Assembly (NCBI GenBank): GCA_040954595.2
Contig: CM082579.2
Location: 14,013,834-14,077,833 of the forward strand
Source: Balanoglossus misakiensis
Lineage: Eukaryota > Animalia > Hemichordata
Length of the DNA: 64,000 bases
Direction: 5' to 3'
Position 1 is the first letter of the stretch. Each line of letters starts with the position of its first letter. The notes under the pieces are model-generated. The model was not told the origin of the DNA. It made no database searches and saw nothing but the letters and a program-made list of their open reading frames with translations. Shown piece by piece: positions 1 to 11,949 of the stretch. A program made the position numbers and the translations under genes.

Positions 1-242
1 AATCAGAGCTCGTGTCAGATAACAGTTGTCTGTGTGCGCATTAACACAGAGTGTGGGATCAATTTGATCCCACACTCTCTATCCCACACTCCCAGCGGCC
101 AGGAGTGTGAGAAAAATTATTCCCATCTTGTTATAAATCTGAGCCCAGGTGTCTTTGGTGTGAGATTCCAGTAGTCAAGAGTAGGCTTACCTTGAATAAT
201 GTAATGCTTGTAAATAATTTATAATTTCTTCTTACCCTCCAG

Positions 243-361
243 ATATGAATGTCACAGTGGTGGAAATGCGTGCCAACACTATTGTCAGAATACCCATGGT
301 AGTTATCTCTGCGCTTGCAGACCAGGATTCTATCTGCTGGAGGATGGCTATGCATGTGGCG
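243..361 (+). pseudogene. Calcium-binding EGF exon A, copy 1 (frameshifted)
   Basis: ccctccAG acceptor and G|GTATGT donor. Encodes ..CHSGGNACQHYCQNTHGSYLCACRPGFYLLEDGYACG. It is 119 nt long and lacks 4 nt (gaat) relative to the 123-nt paralog at 5371-5493. Confidence 0.85.
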
Positions 362-1034
362 GTATGTAACTGTGGATATTGATCTCTTCTGTGGCTACAC
401 TGTTTGGGGATTGTATATTGCTATGGTTACAATCAGCTAAACACACATCCTGTCAGTCCATTGCACACATTTTAAAATTTGAAATCAACCGCACACTCGT
501 ACTGAACACATGTTTGTTGAAATTGTATCTCAGAATTTTTCCATTTATAATTATGCATAATATAAACAAATTAACAAATGTGAAATTTTATCTTTGAAAA
601 TTTGTTTGCAAGGGTGAAAAAGTAATCTGTTTTTTTAAAAATCAGACAAAGTTTTGCTGACAGGGTACACGAGTTTCAGGGGATTTTGTTAAAATGAGAA
701 TGATAGAGAGTGTTAAAATTCTTAGATTCTGAGATTGCCATGGATATTGAGGACTTTGATGTAAAAACAATTAATTGATCAAGAAATATGTGGTTAAGTA
801 TATGTGTCATCAACCTCACACTATACTATAAGACTGTCTGATATATTTATGCACAAGTACAATGTATTTTCACTACTTATATGCATAACACCCATCAAAT
901 TAACATAATTTATCGACCTATAGCTAAATAAATTACCACAGCAAAGAATAAATATACACTTAGAAAATTCATATAGTTTTCATCTCATTTTAAAGACATT
1001 ATAAATGCTTCTCCGAGGGGTACAGTAATTTTTA

Positions 1035-1579
1035 GGGTAAGCCTAATTCAAGATTCACGTTTCAAGATTCACGTTTCACGTTCCACAGCCCAAGATTCAT
1101 ATTCTGATTCAGATTCTAGTCTTGTCTAATATGCTTATGCTGCCGTAACCAGGGGTGCGTACGATTGTTTATTGTCCTTGATCCCTGCCCAAGCAAGGTT
1201 CCCCAAATATTCTGTTCGATTATCGCGTGACGTCATTGTCGGGTATCTCGTCAAGTTCAGTTTCAACAACATTTTTCAAAGAGAGATGCACCCTATTTAT
1301 TATTTTCTAACACATGAATGACCCTAGGCCTGAGATCGCACCATGGCCGGCAATCTTGGTATTCACAGATACTTTTAAGCGTAATTCTGATATAATTGAT
1401 AGGTTTAGGTATATTTTACAACCGATAACTTAAGCAAAGGACTAATTCCTATATTCTGAATCAAGTGAAAGCAATGTAGATGGCGAAAGGATGTGACAAG
1501 ACTCGAATCTGAATCAGAATATGAATCTTGGGCTGTGGAACGTGAAACTTGAAACGTGAATCTTGAATTAGGCTTACCC
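1035..1579. mobile_element. Mutator (MULE)-like MITE, 545 bp
   Basis: Long TIRs GGGTAAGCCTAATTCAAGATTCACG.../...CGTGAATCTTGAATTAGGCTTACCC. Perfect 9-bp TSD TAATTTTTA at 1026-1034 and 1580-1588. Confidence 0.85.
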
Positions 1580-1639
1580 TAATTTTTAATGGGTATATTC
1601 TTAATAACTCATCACCATGAATGATCATTTCAAAACTTA

Positions 1640-1953
1640 ACAAGGCATATGGCTAAAGAGGATTCAGTGTTTGTGCACCTTCTATCTGCTATGCTGGATC
1701 TATTGACAGTTTTCAAAGGGGTTTAAAGACTCGTCTTTTTATTCAGTACTTTCTATTTCATTCCATTGCTTTTTTGGTTAATAGGGACTGTCTTTCAGAA
1801 CTCTTTGGTTTGTTTCGTGTTTTTAAGTGTAATTTATTATCCTTTAAGCTTTCACTTGTTTTCTAATTTTATTATTTTCTGTAGAAAATGCACTGAGATG
1901 TATGTGTATTATGTTTGTCAGGAAATAAATAATAATAAAATTAAAAATAATAA
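1640..1953 (+). mobile_element. Degraded 3' end of an L2/CR1-clade LINE (also duplicated at ~6765-7077)
   Basis: Remnant AYG*RGFSVCAP...SIDSFQRGLKTRLF resembles the L2 ORF2 C-terminus, followed by a T-rich UTR and an (AAT)-rich tail. Confidence 0.55.
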
Positions 1954-1970
1954 ACTATCTTTGATTTCAG

Positions 1971-2087
1971 ATGTCAATGAATGTATGGAGAGAGCAGATC
2001 TTTGTGAAGGCCAGTGTGTGAATACAGCAGGCTCTTTTTATTGCACTTGTGTTGTGGGATATTGATTGGTCAATGGAGAGTGTACAG
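1971..2087 (+). pseudogene. Calcium-binding EGF exon B, copy 1 (premature stop)
   Basis: tttcAG acceptor and G|GTAAG donor, 117 nt, phase 1-1. Encodes DVNECMERADLCEGQCVNTAGSFYCTCVVGY*LVNGECT with an in-frame TGA at 2063-2065. Confidence 0.88.
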
Positions 2088-2596
2088 GTAAGACCAGCAC
2101 AATATGTGGGCAACGAAAGGTCCTGTATCTGTAACTTTTGAATTTTTATTCAATATTATTCTGGGTGTCACCCATCATTTCTTGTTCAGCTCGGTGAAGC
2201 TAGGTAAGCAATGTTGTTATTGTTTAAACATTGTATTCAAGCCTGGGTCTGGACTTGATGCAATTTGTCAAAAATAACAGTCATTGGTAACTGCATGTTT
2301 ACATAACTGGCTAACTGTTAAAGAGACCAGCTGTTCTTTTTGCTGTGTGTACAGTACACATGCCATTGGCAGCTTATGGCTCAGTCAGTGTTTGCCTGTT
2401 GATTTCTCTATGTGTGTGTGTCTGTCTGTCTGTATATGTACTCCGGTGTAGACTTTTTTATTGTGTTATCCCTGAATGGGACCACTGTGTCCTTAACGCG
2501 ATGTTTTACACTCAGCAGCGATAGTTTGTCTAACACGAGCCAAAATATCCCCAACTCGTCTGAGAAATCTTATCCCAGGTCCTAAGGTTGTGAGAC

Positions 2597-2994
2597 TAAT
2601 AGAATCTCACACTCCCAAGGACTTGGGATCATATTTCTCACATGTGTTGAGGATTTTCTGTCCCAAACAAGCTGCAGGCGAATGTGGGACAAGATATCCC
2701 CGACGAGTGTGAGAAATACGATCCCAGGTCCTTGGTGTGTGAGATTAGTTTTCTCACACGGTCACAAATTAGCCAAATTCGTTAAATAAATGACTCTTGA
2801 ACTGTCATCTGGTACATTGTAGATTCAGTATCGCGTCATTGGATAACATTTAGCACATGTTGTTAAAGAACTCTTTGTCATCCAATCAGCGCTCGCATCA
2901 TATACAGCTCTCGATTCAGTGAGAATGTGGGATTGATTTGTTCTCACACTCTGATCCAACACTCTCAGCATGCCAGGAGTGTGAGAATCTATTA
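2597..2994. mobile_element. Palindromic non-autonomous element (TCTCACAC/GTGTGAGA family); related fragment at 1-170
   Basis: Terminal IR TAATAGAATCTCACACTCC / GGAGTGTGAGAATCTATTA (one mismatch), plus an internal ~140-bp hairpin at ~2603-2746. Confidence 0.6.
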
Positions 2995-3308
2995 CGAGTT
3001 TGAAATCTTAGGTGAAGAGTTTATCAATTTCACTGCCAACCCTGTAGGGCATTCTGGGATATGTGCTCATGCCAAAGCACAAACAGCCATGACCTGACAG
3101 CTCAGTTTGTAAATCATTTCTACAAATCCACAAAGAGACTCAAAGTTTAGAAAAGTTGTGTCTGTTAGAAATATTAGAAATATTACTGTTAATACTTAAT
3201 TTCAAAGCCATGTGAATTTGTTCACTTTAATAGGGAAATTTTTAAAGGAAGGGAGGATTGGTATTGACTTGAATAATTACAATGGATGTTTTTGTTCTCT
3301 ATTTTCAG

Positions 3309-3431
3309 ATGTGAATAATGAGTGTTCAGATTCTGTTTGTGCTGGAGGGTGTCTCAATGCAGAGGGTGGATTCAGCTGTAATTGTGGTGATGATGGTTTC
3401 TCTCTGAGTGCAGATCATGTCAATTGTTTAG
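3309..3431 (+). pseudogene. Calcium-binding EGF exon C (open frame, part of a fibrillin/fibulin/MEGF-like EGF-repeat gene remnant)
   Basis: ttttcAG acceptor and G|GTAAGT donor, 123 nt, phase 1-1. Encodes DVNNECSDSVCAGGCLNAEGGFSCNCGDDGFSLSADHVNCL with six cysteines. Confidence 0.85.
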
Positions 3432-3824
3432 GTAAGTTTTTTTTGAGTGGGGAGGGGATAGACCAACAATTGCTTTGCATTTCCTGCCTCAAAAGGGCGC
3501 TTACACAAGTTGTAAGTGGCAAAGATTACAGCGAGTCACAGGCACTTTCCAAAGTTACACATTTAGAAAAAAATGAGTTTGTTGTCTCATGTGTGATATT
3601 TTTGGCTAACAAAACACTAGCGTCTAATGTGGTTACTACATTGTTTGTTTATCAGTATACAGTACTGGTACATATAAACATATGATATGACCAAGTTATA
3701 TGCCAGATGATAATTATCAAGTTTCACACAATTTTGCTCTCTTGTATATTTTTTTCAAAGCCAACTGTACATGTAATTCAGATGTATTCATTCAAACACA
3801 ATGTATCATATTTGTGTTTTCAAG

Positions 3825-3929
3825 CTGGTTGGTCACCATGCCAACAAGCGTGTTACAACACACCAACCAGTTACCAGTGTGGTTGCAGACCAGGATTTAA
3901 GTTGCACAGAAATCAACAAACATGTGTTG
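3825..3929 (+). pseudogene. EGF-like exon D (five Cys, first Cys missing)
   Basis: ttttcaAG acceptor and G|GTGAGT donor, 105 nt. Encodes [35 protein letters not shown]. Confidence 0.75.
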
Positions 3930-4078
3930 GTGAGTATCTACAATTGGGAGAAAGTAAGATGTAGGTGTTTGTGCAATGTAAGTGTCCAATACATGTACAT
4001 GTATATGTGACACTGAAATTACACATTGTACAGTCAATAATTGGTAAATGTCTATTATTCATGACACAAATCAACATA

Positions 4079-4264
4079 CAGTCAAACCTCTGTGACTGGC
4101 CACCTCTATTAAACAGTCACCTCTATATAGTGCCCACTTTATTCTAGTCCCTGTGTAATTTATATCTACATTAATTGACTTTTCTACCAGGTATAATGGC
4201 CACCTGTCTATAAAGGCCAGTTTAGGAAAGTCCCTTTACTAGCCATAATGGACAGGTTTGACTG
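4079..4264. mobile_element. Tc1/mariner (pogo/Tigger-like) MITE
   Basis: TA|CAGTCAAACCT ... AGGTTTGACTG|CA with internal GGCCACCTCTAT subrepeats. A degraded paralog lies at ~8431-8620. Confidence 0.7.
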
Positions 4265-4302
4265 CACTTGTGTTGATTTCTGTCTGTAATACGTGTAACA
4301 CA

Positions 4303-4592
4303 ATCATAAAATTTTTCATAAAGAGGGCACACTTCCAAAATAAGGTGTCATCTCCAAGCAGACAATGTGAAAAAGGAGGCCGGTAGGTTACAGAGTACTG
4401 CTCGAGCTCATCTACTTTGTTGTATACATGATACAAGTTGCGTGTAAAACTGACCTTACAATAAAATGTGGCTGTCGAAAGTCTGTCCCAACTATAGTCT
4501 TGATACACAAGACAAAGTTTTTACTCTTTGACCAACTGGCCTCATGTTTGCGTCTTGGAAGGGCACCCTCTTTATGAAAAAGGCATATGATA
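4303..4592. mobile_element. MITE with ~27-bp TIRs, family unassigned
   Basis: TTTTTCATAAAGAGGGCACACTTCCAA ... TTGGAAGGGCACCCTCTTTATGAAAAA. Confidence 0.6.
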
Positions 4593-5019
4593 TCACTACA
4601 AGGAATAAATTAACATGATAGAACATTGCTGATTAATGTCATAGATCATGATAACATGAATGCATAGCAATGTTTTGTTACAATTTGGTACATAAAGAAA
4701 TGGACTACTGTGACAGTATTGACTCTGGGCACTACGTAGATGATTCCCAGCCTCAAAATTCTGACTTGCTTCACCGTTGGAAGAAGTCAGTTTTCAGGTT
4801 AACATGTATATTTGTACAGAGTGTGGCATTAGTGAGTGGTTGCATCACATCAATGCATGACAAAAGGTCATCACTGTGTAAGACTCAGAAATAGAATTTG
4901 AATACAAATCCTATTAAACAAAATATTCTAAAATTTACATGTTATTTTAACATGTTTACTCCTATAAAAGTGAGTGCACGTGTTTTCGAGGTCTCTTCAA
5001 TTCAGAAGCCACTGTGTAG

Positions 5020-5170
5020 GCCTTAGTTGGTGCATGCAGCTCGTAGACTTAGAAATTAAGTTTGGTTCAACTCAAACGCTTCAAGTCCAGTTGACCATCT
5101 CACACTTCTGGCACTGGTGGGATTCAAACCCACGCCATCGTGTAGGACACAAATGCCTGACAGTGATATA
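5020..5170 (-). mobile_element. Degraded tRNA-derived SINE fragment
   Basis: Minus-strand B-box-like GGGTTTGAATCCCACC; no clear A box. Confidence 0.35.
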
Positions 5171-5370
5171 ACTATGTTATAATGTTACATCGACAATACA
5201 TAAGTTTGGGGATATGTTGTCTCAAATGATCAAATTGAGACAAATTATCCCCATCTTGTTATAAATCTGAGCCCAGGTGTCTTTGGTGTGAGATTCCAGT
5301 AGTCAAGAGTAGGCTTACCTTGAATAATGTAATGCTTGTAAATAATGTATAATTTCTTCTTACCCTCCAG

Positions 5371-5493
5371 ATATGAATGAATGTCACAGTGGTGGAAATG
5401 CGTGCCAACACTATTGTCAGAATACCCATGGTAGTTATTGCTGCGCTTGCAGACAAGGCTTCAATGTGCTGGAGGATGGCCATGCATGTGCAG
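5371..5493 (+). pseudogene. Calcium-binding EGF exon A, copy 2 (frame intact)
   Basis: 123-nt phase 1-1 exon encoding DMNECHSGGNACQHYCQNTHGSYCCACRQGFNVLEDGHACA. Carries a seventh Cys (YCC versus YLC in copy 1). Confidence 0.85.
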
Positions 5494-6158
5494 GTATGTA
5501 ACTGTGGATATTGATCTCTTCTGTGGCTACACTGTTTGGGGATTGCATATTGCTATGGTTACAATAAAACATGCATCCTGTCTGTCCATTGCACACATTT
5601 TAAAATTTGAAATCAACCGCACACTCGTACTGAACACATGTTTGTTGAAATTGTATCTCAGAATTTTTCCATTTATAATTATGCATAATATAATCAAATT
5701 AACAAATGTGAAAACTTATCTTTGAAAATTTGTTTGCAAGGGTGAAAAATTAATCTGTTGTTTTAAAAATCAGACAAAGTTTAGCTGACAGGGTACACGA
5801 GTTTCAGGGGATTTTGTTAAAATGAGAATGATAGAGTGTTAAAATTCCTAGATTCTGAGATTGCCATGGATATTGAGGACTTTGACGTAAAAACAATTAA
5901 TTGATCAAGAAATATGTGGTTAAGTATATGTGTGATCAACCTCACACTATACTATAAGACTGTCTGATATATTTATGCACAAGTACAATGTATTTTCACT
6001 ACTTATATGCATAACTCAATCAAATTAACATAATTTATCGACCTATAGCTATTAAATTACCACAGCAAGGAATAAATATTCACTTAGAAAATTCCTATAG
6101 TTTTCATCTCATTTTAAAGACATTATAAATGCTTCTCCGAGGGGTACAATAATTTTTA

Positions 6159-6703
6159 GGGTAAGCCTAATTCAAGATTCACGTTTCAAGATTCACGTTT
6201 CATGTTCCACAGCCCAAGATTCATATTCTGATTCAGATTCCAGTCTTGTCTAATATGTTTATGCTGCCGTAACCAGGGGTGTGAACGATTGTTTATTGTC
6301 CTCGATCCCCGCCCAAGCAAGGTTCCCCAAATATTCTGTTCGATTATCGCGTGACGTCATTGTCGGGTATCTCGTCAAGTTCAGTTTCAACAACATTTTT
6401 CAAAGAGAGATGCACCCTATTTATTATTTTCTAACACATGAATGACCCTAGGCCTGAGATCGCACCATGGCCGGCAATCTTGGTATTCACAGATACTTTT
6501 AAGCGTAATTCTGATATAATTGATAGGTTTAGGTATATTTTACAACCGATAACTTAAGCAAAGGACTAATTCCTATATTCTGAATCAAGTGAAAGCAATG
6601 TAGATGGCGAAAGGATGTGACAAGACTCGAATCTGAATCAGAATATGAATCTTGGGCTGTGGAACGTGAAACTTGAAACGTGAATCTTGAATTAGGCTTA
6701 CCC
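6159..6703. mobile_element. Mutator-like MITE, duplicated copy
   Basis: Same TIRs, same 9-bp TSD and same flanks as 1035-1579, so it was copied by the segmental duplication. Confidence 0.85.
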
Positions 6704-7094
6704 TAATTTTTAATGGGTATATTCTTAATAACTCATCACCATGAATGATCATTTCAAAACTTAACAAGGCATATGGCTAAAGAGGATTCAGTGTTTGTGC
6801 ACCTTCTATCTGCTATGCTGGATCTATTGACAGTTTTCAAAGGGGTTTAAAGACTCGTCTTTTTATTCAGTACTTTCTATTTCATTCCATTGCTTTTTTG
6901 GTTAATAGGGACTGTCTTTCAGAACTCTTTGGTTTGTTTCGTGTTTTTAAGTGTAATTTATTATCCTTTAAGCTTTCACTTGTTTTCTAATTTTATTATT
7001 TTCTGTAGAAAATGCACTGAGATGTATGTGTATTATGTTTGTCAGGAAATAAATAATAATAAAATTAAAAATAATAAACTATCTTTGATTTCAG

Positions 7095-7131
7095 ATGTCA
7101 ATGAATGTATGGAGAGAGCAGATCTTTGTGA
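7095..7131 (+). pseudogene. EGF exon B, copy 2, truncated
   Basis: Same acceptor and DVNECMERADLCE as 1971-2007, then homology ends abruptly. Confidence 0.8.
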
Positions 7132-7284
7132 GAGCAGATCTTTATCTCAAGGCGCCACAGAGGAATAAAGGTCCTTCTTTTGTTGCATTTCGAATAGATT
7201 CGTGTAATTCACTTTTGTTTGGGCTCCCTAAGTACTAGATCAGCTGTATTCAAGTTCAAAATATTGCTGCTAGTTCCAAAATCA

Positions 7285-7475
7285 CTGTTTACATCAATGC
7301 AATTTCAGTTCCATTGGTTACCTGTGTCTGATCGTATTGTTTTCAATATTTTATTTCTTATTTTTGAATTCATTCATAGACTTGGACCATCATATCTGTC
7401 TGATATGATCAAATTATATGTTCCAAATCGAAACTTGAAGTCAGCTGATCAGCTCAAACTCTGTCCTGTTCAGCC
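7285..7475 (+). mobile_element. L2/CR1-clade LINE ORF2 C-terminal fragment
   Basis: FHWLPVSDRIVFNILFLIFEFIHRLGPSYLSDMIKLYVPNRNLKSAD matches the LHWLPV..RI.FKIL....LAP.YL.....Y.P.R.LRS motif downstream of the RT domain in L2 elements. Confidence 0.8.
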
Positions 7476-8236
7476 CAATGCTATGATGACAACAAGAATT
7501 GCTTGCCTTCAGACACAAATATTTATTGCATATATTATCAGCGAATAAAGGGAAATGGTTTTGAAGTTACAGTTGGCATTTTGCATTTTCGAAATGTCTA
7601 CTTATATCCCAGGCCACGATACGGAGAAAAAAATAAAAATACACCAGCTGAGCTCCTCACACGTACATAGTCATGTATGTACGTATGTACATTTGTAGGC
7701 GATTGATCGATGTTGTGTCGAAATCAGGCCAGTAATTAAGTTAAAACTTGGTTAATACGTTACCTTAGGGTGTTATACATTATCCAGTAACTGTTTTACT
7801 TAAGAATTGCCTTTCAAAAGCTGTTTACCCACGGTAAACGTATCGTTTCACGATCAACGCAACACTTCTGTATTTACAAGTCTAACATGGAGCCGGAGAG
7901 GTCAACGTATACTTCCGGGTCATATCGTCGAACGACATTGATTATTTTTAAGCGGACTGTTACACAAGCATTTCGAATTAATTTCTTTTCAGGGATGTTT
8001 GGACCGATATTAGACCTCTCTGTCAGGAAAGTTTGGTTAACTTCCGAGGTCGTTTTCAATGATTTTTAAAACGTTTGTGGACGTCTCTTTAGGGGTCACC
8101 AACATACCACCGAAAACACGTTAAAAACTTCTACTACTATTAAGTACAGATTTTCATAAAATTTACGTCTGCAGTGAAAAATGGGAATCACTTTCGTAAT
8201 TTATCCAGCTAACATGGTTTTTTATTGCACAACAGA

Positions 8237-8285
8237 GTTGCAGACCAGGATTTAAGTTGCACAGAAATCAAAATTACATGTGTTG
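8237..8285 (+). pseudogene. 3' half of EGF exon D, copy 2
   Basis: gttgcagaccaggatttaagttgcacagaaatcaa...catgtgttg|gtgagt matches 3882-3929 with a 1-nt length difference. Confidence 0.75.
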
Positions 8286-9072
8286 GTGAGTATCTACAAT
8301 TTGGAGAGAAAGTAAGATGTATGGGTTTGTACAATGTAAGTGTCTTATACATGTATATTTGACACTGAAATCATATATTGTACAATCAGTCATTGGTAAA
8401 TGTCTGCTATTCATGACACAAATAAAAAAACAGTCAAACCTGTGTGAGTGGCCACCTCTATTAGGCAGCCACCTCTATATAGTGGCCACTTTATTCTAGT
8501 CCCTATGCAATTTACATCTACATTAATTGACTTTTCTACAAGGTATAATTTCTACAAGGTATAATGGCCACCTATCTATAAAGGCCAGTTTAGAAAAGTC
8601 CCTTCACTAGCCACAATAGACACTTGTGTTGATTTCTGTATGTTTTACGTGTAACACAATCAGGACATTTTTCATAAAGAGGGCAGCCTTCCAAAATAAA
8701 GTGTCATCTCAATGCAGACAATGTGAAAAAGGCGGTCAGTAGAGTACTGCTCGAGCTCATCTAGTTTGTTGTATACATGATACATGTACAAGTTGTGTGT
8801 AAAACTGACCTTACAATAAAATGTGGCTGTCCAAGTACATAAGTTTCAACTATAGTGTTGATACAAAAGACAATCAAGTTTTTACTTTGTGACCAACTTG
8901 CCTCGTGTTCGTGTCGTGGAAGGGTAACATGACTGCATAGCAATGTTTTATTAAAATTTTGTACATAGAGAAATGGACTACTGGGAACTATGTAAATGAT
9001 GCCCTGAGCCTAAAAATTCTGACTGTCTGCAATTATAGTTTTAGCATTTTTGTTCAATTGCACTTTCAAGTA

Positions 9073-9242
9073 CAGTCAAACCCGTCTAACACCAAAGGGA
9101 CTGAAGAAATTGTTCAGATTGCAGGTGTCCAATTTAAAGAGGTTCTTTCAACATGTGGTTCTATGTCAAAAGGTTTGAACAATGTCTTTGAAATAGACAT
9201 GTTTCCAGATTAGACAGGGTTCGGTTGAGACAGGTTTTACTG
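9073..9242. mobile_element. Tc1/mariner (pogo/Tigger-like) MITE
   Basis: TA|CAGTCAAACCCGTCT ... AGACAGGTTTTACTG|TA, with the TA TSD on both sides. Confidence 0.7.
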
Positions 9243-10343
9243 TATTTTGATACATGCTCTGGCTTAACCCTTTCACCAACATGGTTCAGTCTAAACCCTT
9301 TATTTTCTATGGTAAGGCTGGATCTTTAAAGAGGAAACTGTTTTTTTTCTGGGAATCTCTTTATTTCTTCTGTCACAAAAATTGCATGGGAGTTCTAATT
9401 CTAAAAGGAAAACTGATTTCATAAAAGATCTCAAAGTCAAGTTTTGGATGTGGCTCCATTTCAAGTATTGTAGGTGACTAGTTTTCCGGAGTTCAAGTCT
9501 TTATACTTGCAGTAGAGTTGGTCACATGTACTTGGGTAATCTGAGTGTGGTCAGAAATTGAACTTACACACATTGAGTTGAGTTAAGAATATGTCTGGTG
9601 TATTACTGTAATATGACTAGATACAGCAAATGCATTAACTATAAGCGTATGTTAAAATACACAGTTTCCATGGACAAATCTGAGTGATGAAATTAAATAC
9701 ACATGTTCATTAAATCCCACCATGATAGAGCGCCCCCACTGTTCAGAATGTCCATTTTGAAGTCCTACATATATGATGTCATGCCTAGCTGTCAATGTTA
9801 ACTGATGTGTACTTGTACTACTAGTAAATGGAAGTACTTTAAAGTAAAGCTCAGATGCAAGGTTTTGTAAAATAAATATAATATTAAAACGTTGCCATCA
9901 TTTTAGCCATTTTGAACAGCGGTCCAATTGACTAATGTGATCACTCTGTATGCGGCATATGGCATATTAAGCATTAAGTATTTTTCAATCAGAAGCCGTT
10001 AATCCTGTGATTAATTCTGCTTCTTGCAGCATTGATTTTAAATCACCACACATGAATAATTTTGTCCAAAGGACTGCGGTGCCCAAGTGTTTATGATAAG
10101 ATAAACAAACGGTGAAATTCACTGAAGAAGTGAGCGAGCACTTGCCCATTCATTGTTCAATGAAAGGTGACCACCAAAACAAAAGTATTGAGAAAATAAC
10201 CGAAGTTGGAGTTACTGAGTTTTAAATTGATTTCAAGTGAAAAGCTTGGATTGGCTGAAGCTCCTGTAGTCAGTTACCTGTAGGTAGATTGACACACATG
10301 ACAATGTTTGACTGTTTACACTTTTCTTTGTTTGATCTTTCAG

Positions 10344-10593
10344 AGGAATATTCAAGCACTGCAGAAGAATCTAGAGATGGCACAGAAAAAAAGAACTTGA
10401 ATTGAAACAACAGCAAGATCAACATGCCAGACAAAGTCCACTCATAGCACTAAGACAACAACATCAACAACAACAGCAATTACAAAGGTTACAACAACAG
10501 AGAGCCCAACAACAACAACAACAACAACAAGCAGTGCAAGCACAGCCATCCAATATACAATCAACAAATCAACAACTAAGTCACCTCTTACAA
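10344..10593 (+). pseudogene. MED25: Poly-Gln/coiled-coil exon, tentatively a MED25-like penultimate coding exon (1-nt frameshift)
   Basis: Strong polypyrimidine-CAG acceptor and CAA|GTAAGT donor; 250 nt (3n+1). Removing one A from the A7 run gives RNIQALQKNLEMAQKKELELKQQQ...QQLSHLLQ. This has an LxxLL box and resembles the IQxLQxxLExAQxxE motif I recall from invertebrate MED25 (recollection, not a search result). Confidence 0.45.
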
Positions 10594-11949
10594 GTAAGTT
10601 GTCATAATAATGTGTACAGTGAATATTTTGAAAACCAAGACTGGTACCAGTGGCACTTCTGGGAATTGTTATGTGGGGAAAAATAAAATCAGTTTTCTCA
10701 AAAAGGAGCTTTCTTGATGGTACAAATAACATTGGTCTGTGCCATTCCCAAAATTATTTTAATGTATTGAAGACCTGAAAGTCACACAGAATAAATTCAA
10801 TGCACTATTTGCCCAACATGACAACTTTTCCCCACACAGATTTAGACGTGGTGGGTATGGCCGATTTGCCTCAAATCGGCCATACACACCACATCTATTA
10901 ACACTTTCACTGCGTAGTTAATATATGCTAATGTATTCCTGTGCGTAGTTTCCTATGGTAAATTTAACTAATAAACAATGTTTTACTTTACCCTCTCTAT
11001 CTCTTGTAATATGAAAGTATATGCAATGATATTTCCAGCAAGTATATTTTATAAGACAACCAACATAATAAAACTGAAAAATGGTCACATGACCATTAAT
11101 TGGTCATGTGACACTGGCAGCCATAATGGATTTCTGTCGAAATATGGTAAAAACAACAGATATTGTAATATAAGTGACTGAAATACTGTATTTAATTCAT
11201 TGTATCACAGCTGACAGACAAACATAGTCAAAAACAACTTCCCCCTGTATAAAAGGGAATAACAAGTGACTTTTGAGCAAGAAATTTGATCAAATTTATT
11301 AATGGACCATAAAAACAATTATCAAATCATGCCCACCATTTACATGTATACATGTTTAAAATCTGAGAAAGAAATATAGATTATTAGTGAAAGGGTGAAT
11401 GATTGAACTTGTAAATAAATGATAATAATAAAATAAATTAATTAAGTAATTTATTAAATACTCTACGTTTTAATGAATTGCAAGTTGAAGAAATCAAGTT
11501 TGGTAAATATGAATATACACACATTTAAAAAAAATTCATTAGCATAGTACTGTTTTGGCAATTCATTTCAAATGGATATAATACTCTGACAACATAGACT
11601 TCTGGCAAAGTCCCATCAAGATTTGCAAAGAAACCTACGCCTTCATTTAATTCAGTGAAGTAGGCATCTAGCGAAATCTTGACCGTAAGGGCAACTCATC
11701 AATTGCAGGGTTGTCAAAAAATTGTGCGGTGTACATATCAGTTTGCTCTGACAATGACATCAACTCAAACACATCACCAGGAAAGAACAGCTGAAAAAAG
11801 TCAACCGGTGCAAAGTCATCAGTGTCAACTAATAAACCTTAGCGACGATCGTATACAGACAACCAGTCCGGTGTGTAATTGTCATTTACGTCATACAAAA
11901 CCCACCGCGTGTCACCATCAACGTTACGACGTCCGAGAACATGACAAAA

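Larger units (their letters stand above)
5245..9025 (+). repeat. Tandem segmental duplication of ~118-4766 with an internal replacement at 7132-8236
   Basis: 5245-7131 is near-identical to ~118-2007 (offset ~5.12 kb). 8237-9025 aligns to 3882-4766 with more substitutions and indels. Confidence 0.9.

Noticed and set aside
2063-2065. TGA as selenocysteine or readthrough in EGF exon B
   Set aside because: It is not at a conserved Cys position, no SECIS is evident, neighbouring exons are also damaged, and CGA>TGA is simpler.
3212-3685. 157-aa ORF as a complete gene
   Set aside because: Only 3309-3431 is exon-like; the rest is intron read-through.
9263-9340. TTAA-CCCTTT piggyBac-like end, related in reverse to ~15850-15920
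   Set aside because: Only one end is recognisable and it is too degraded to delimit as an element.
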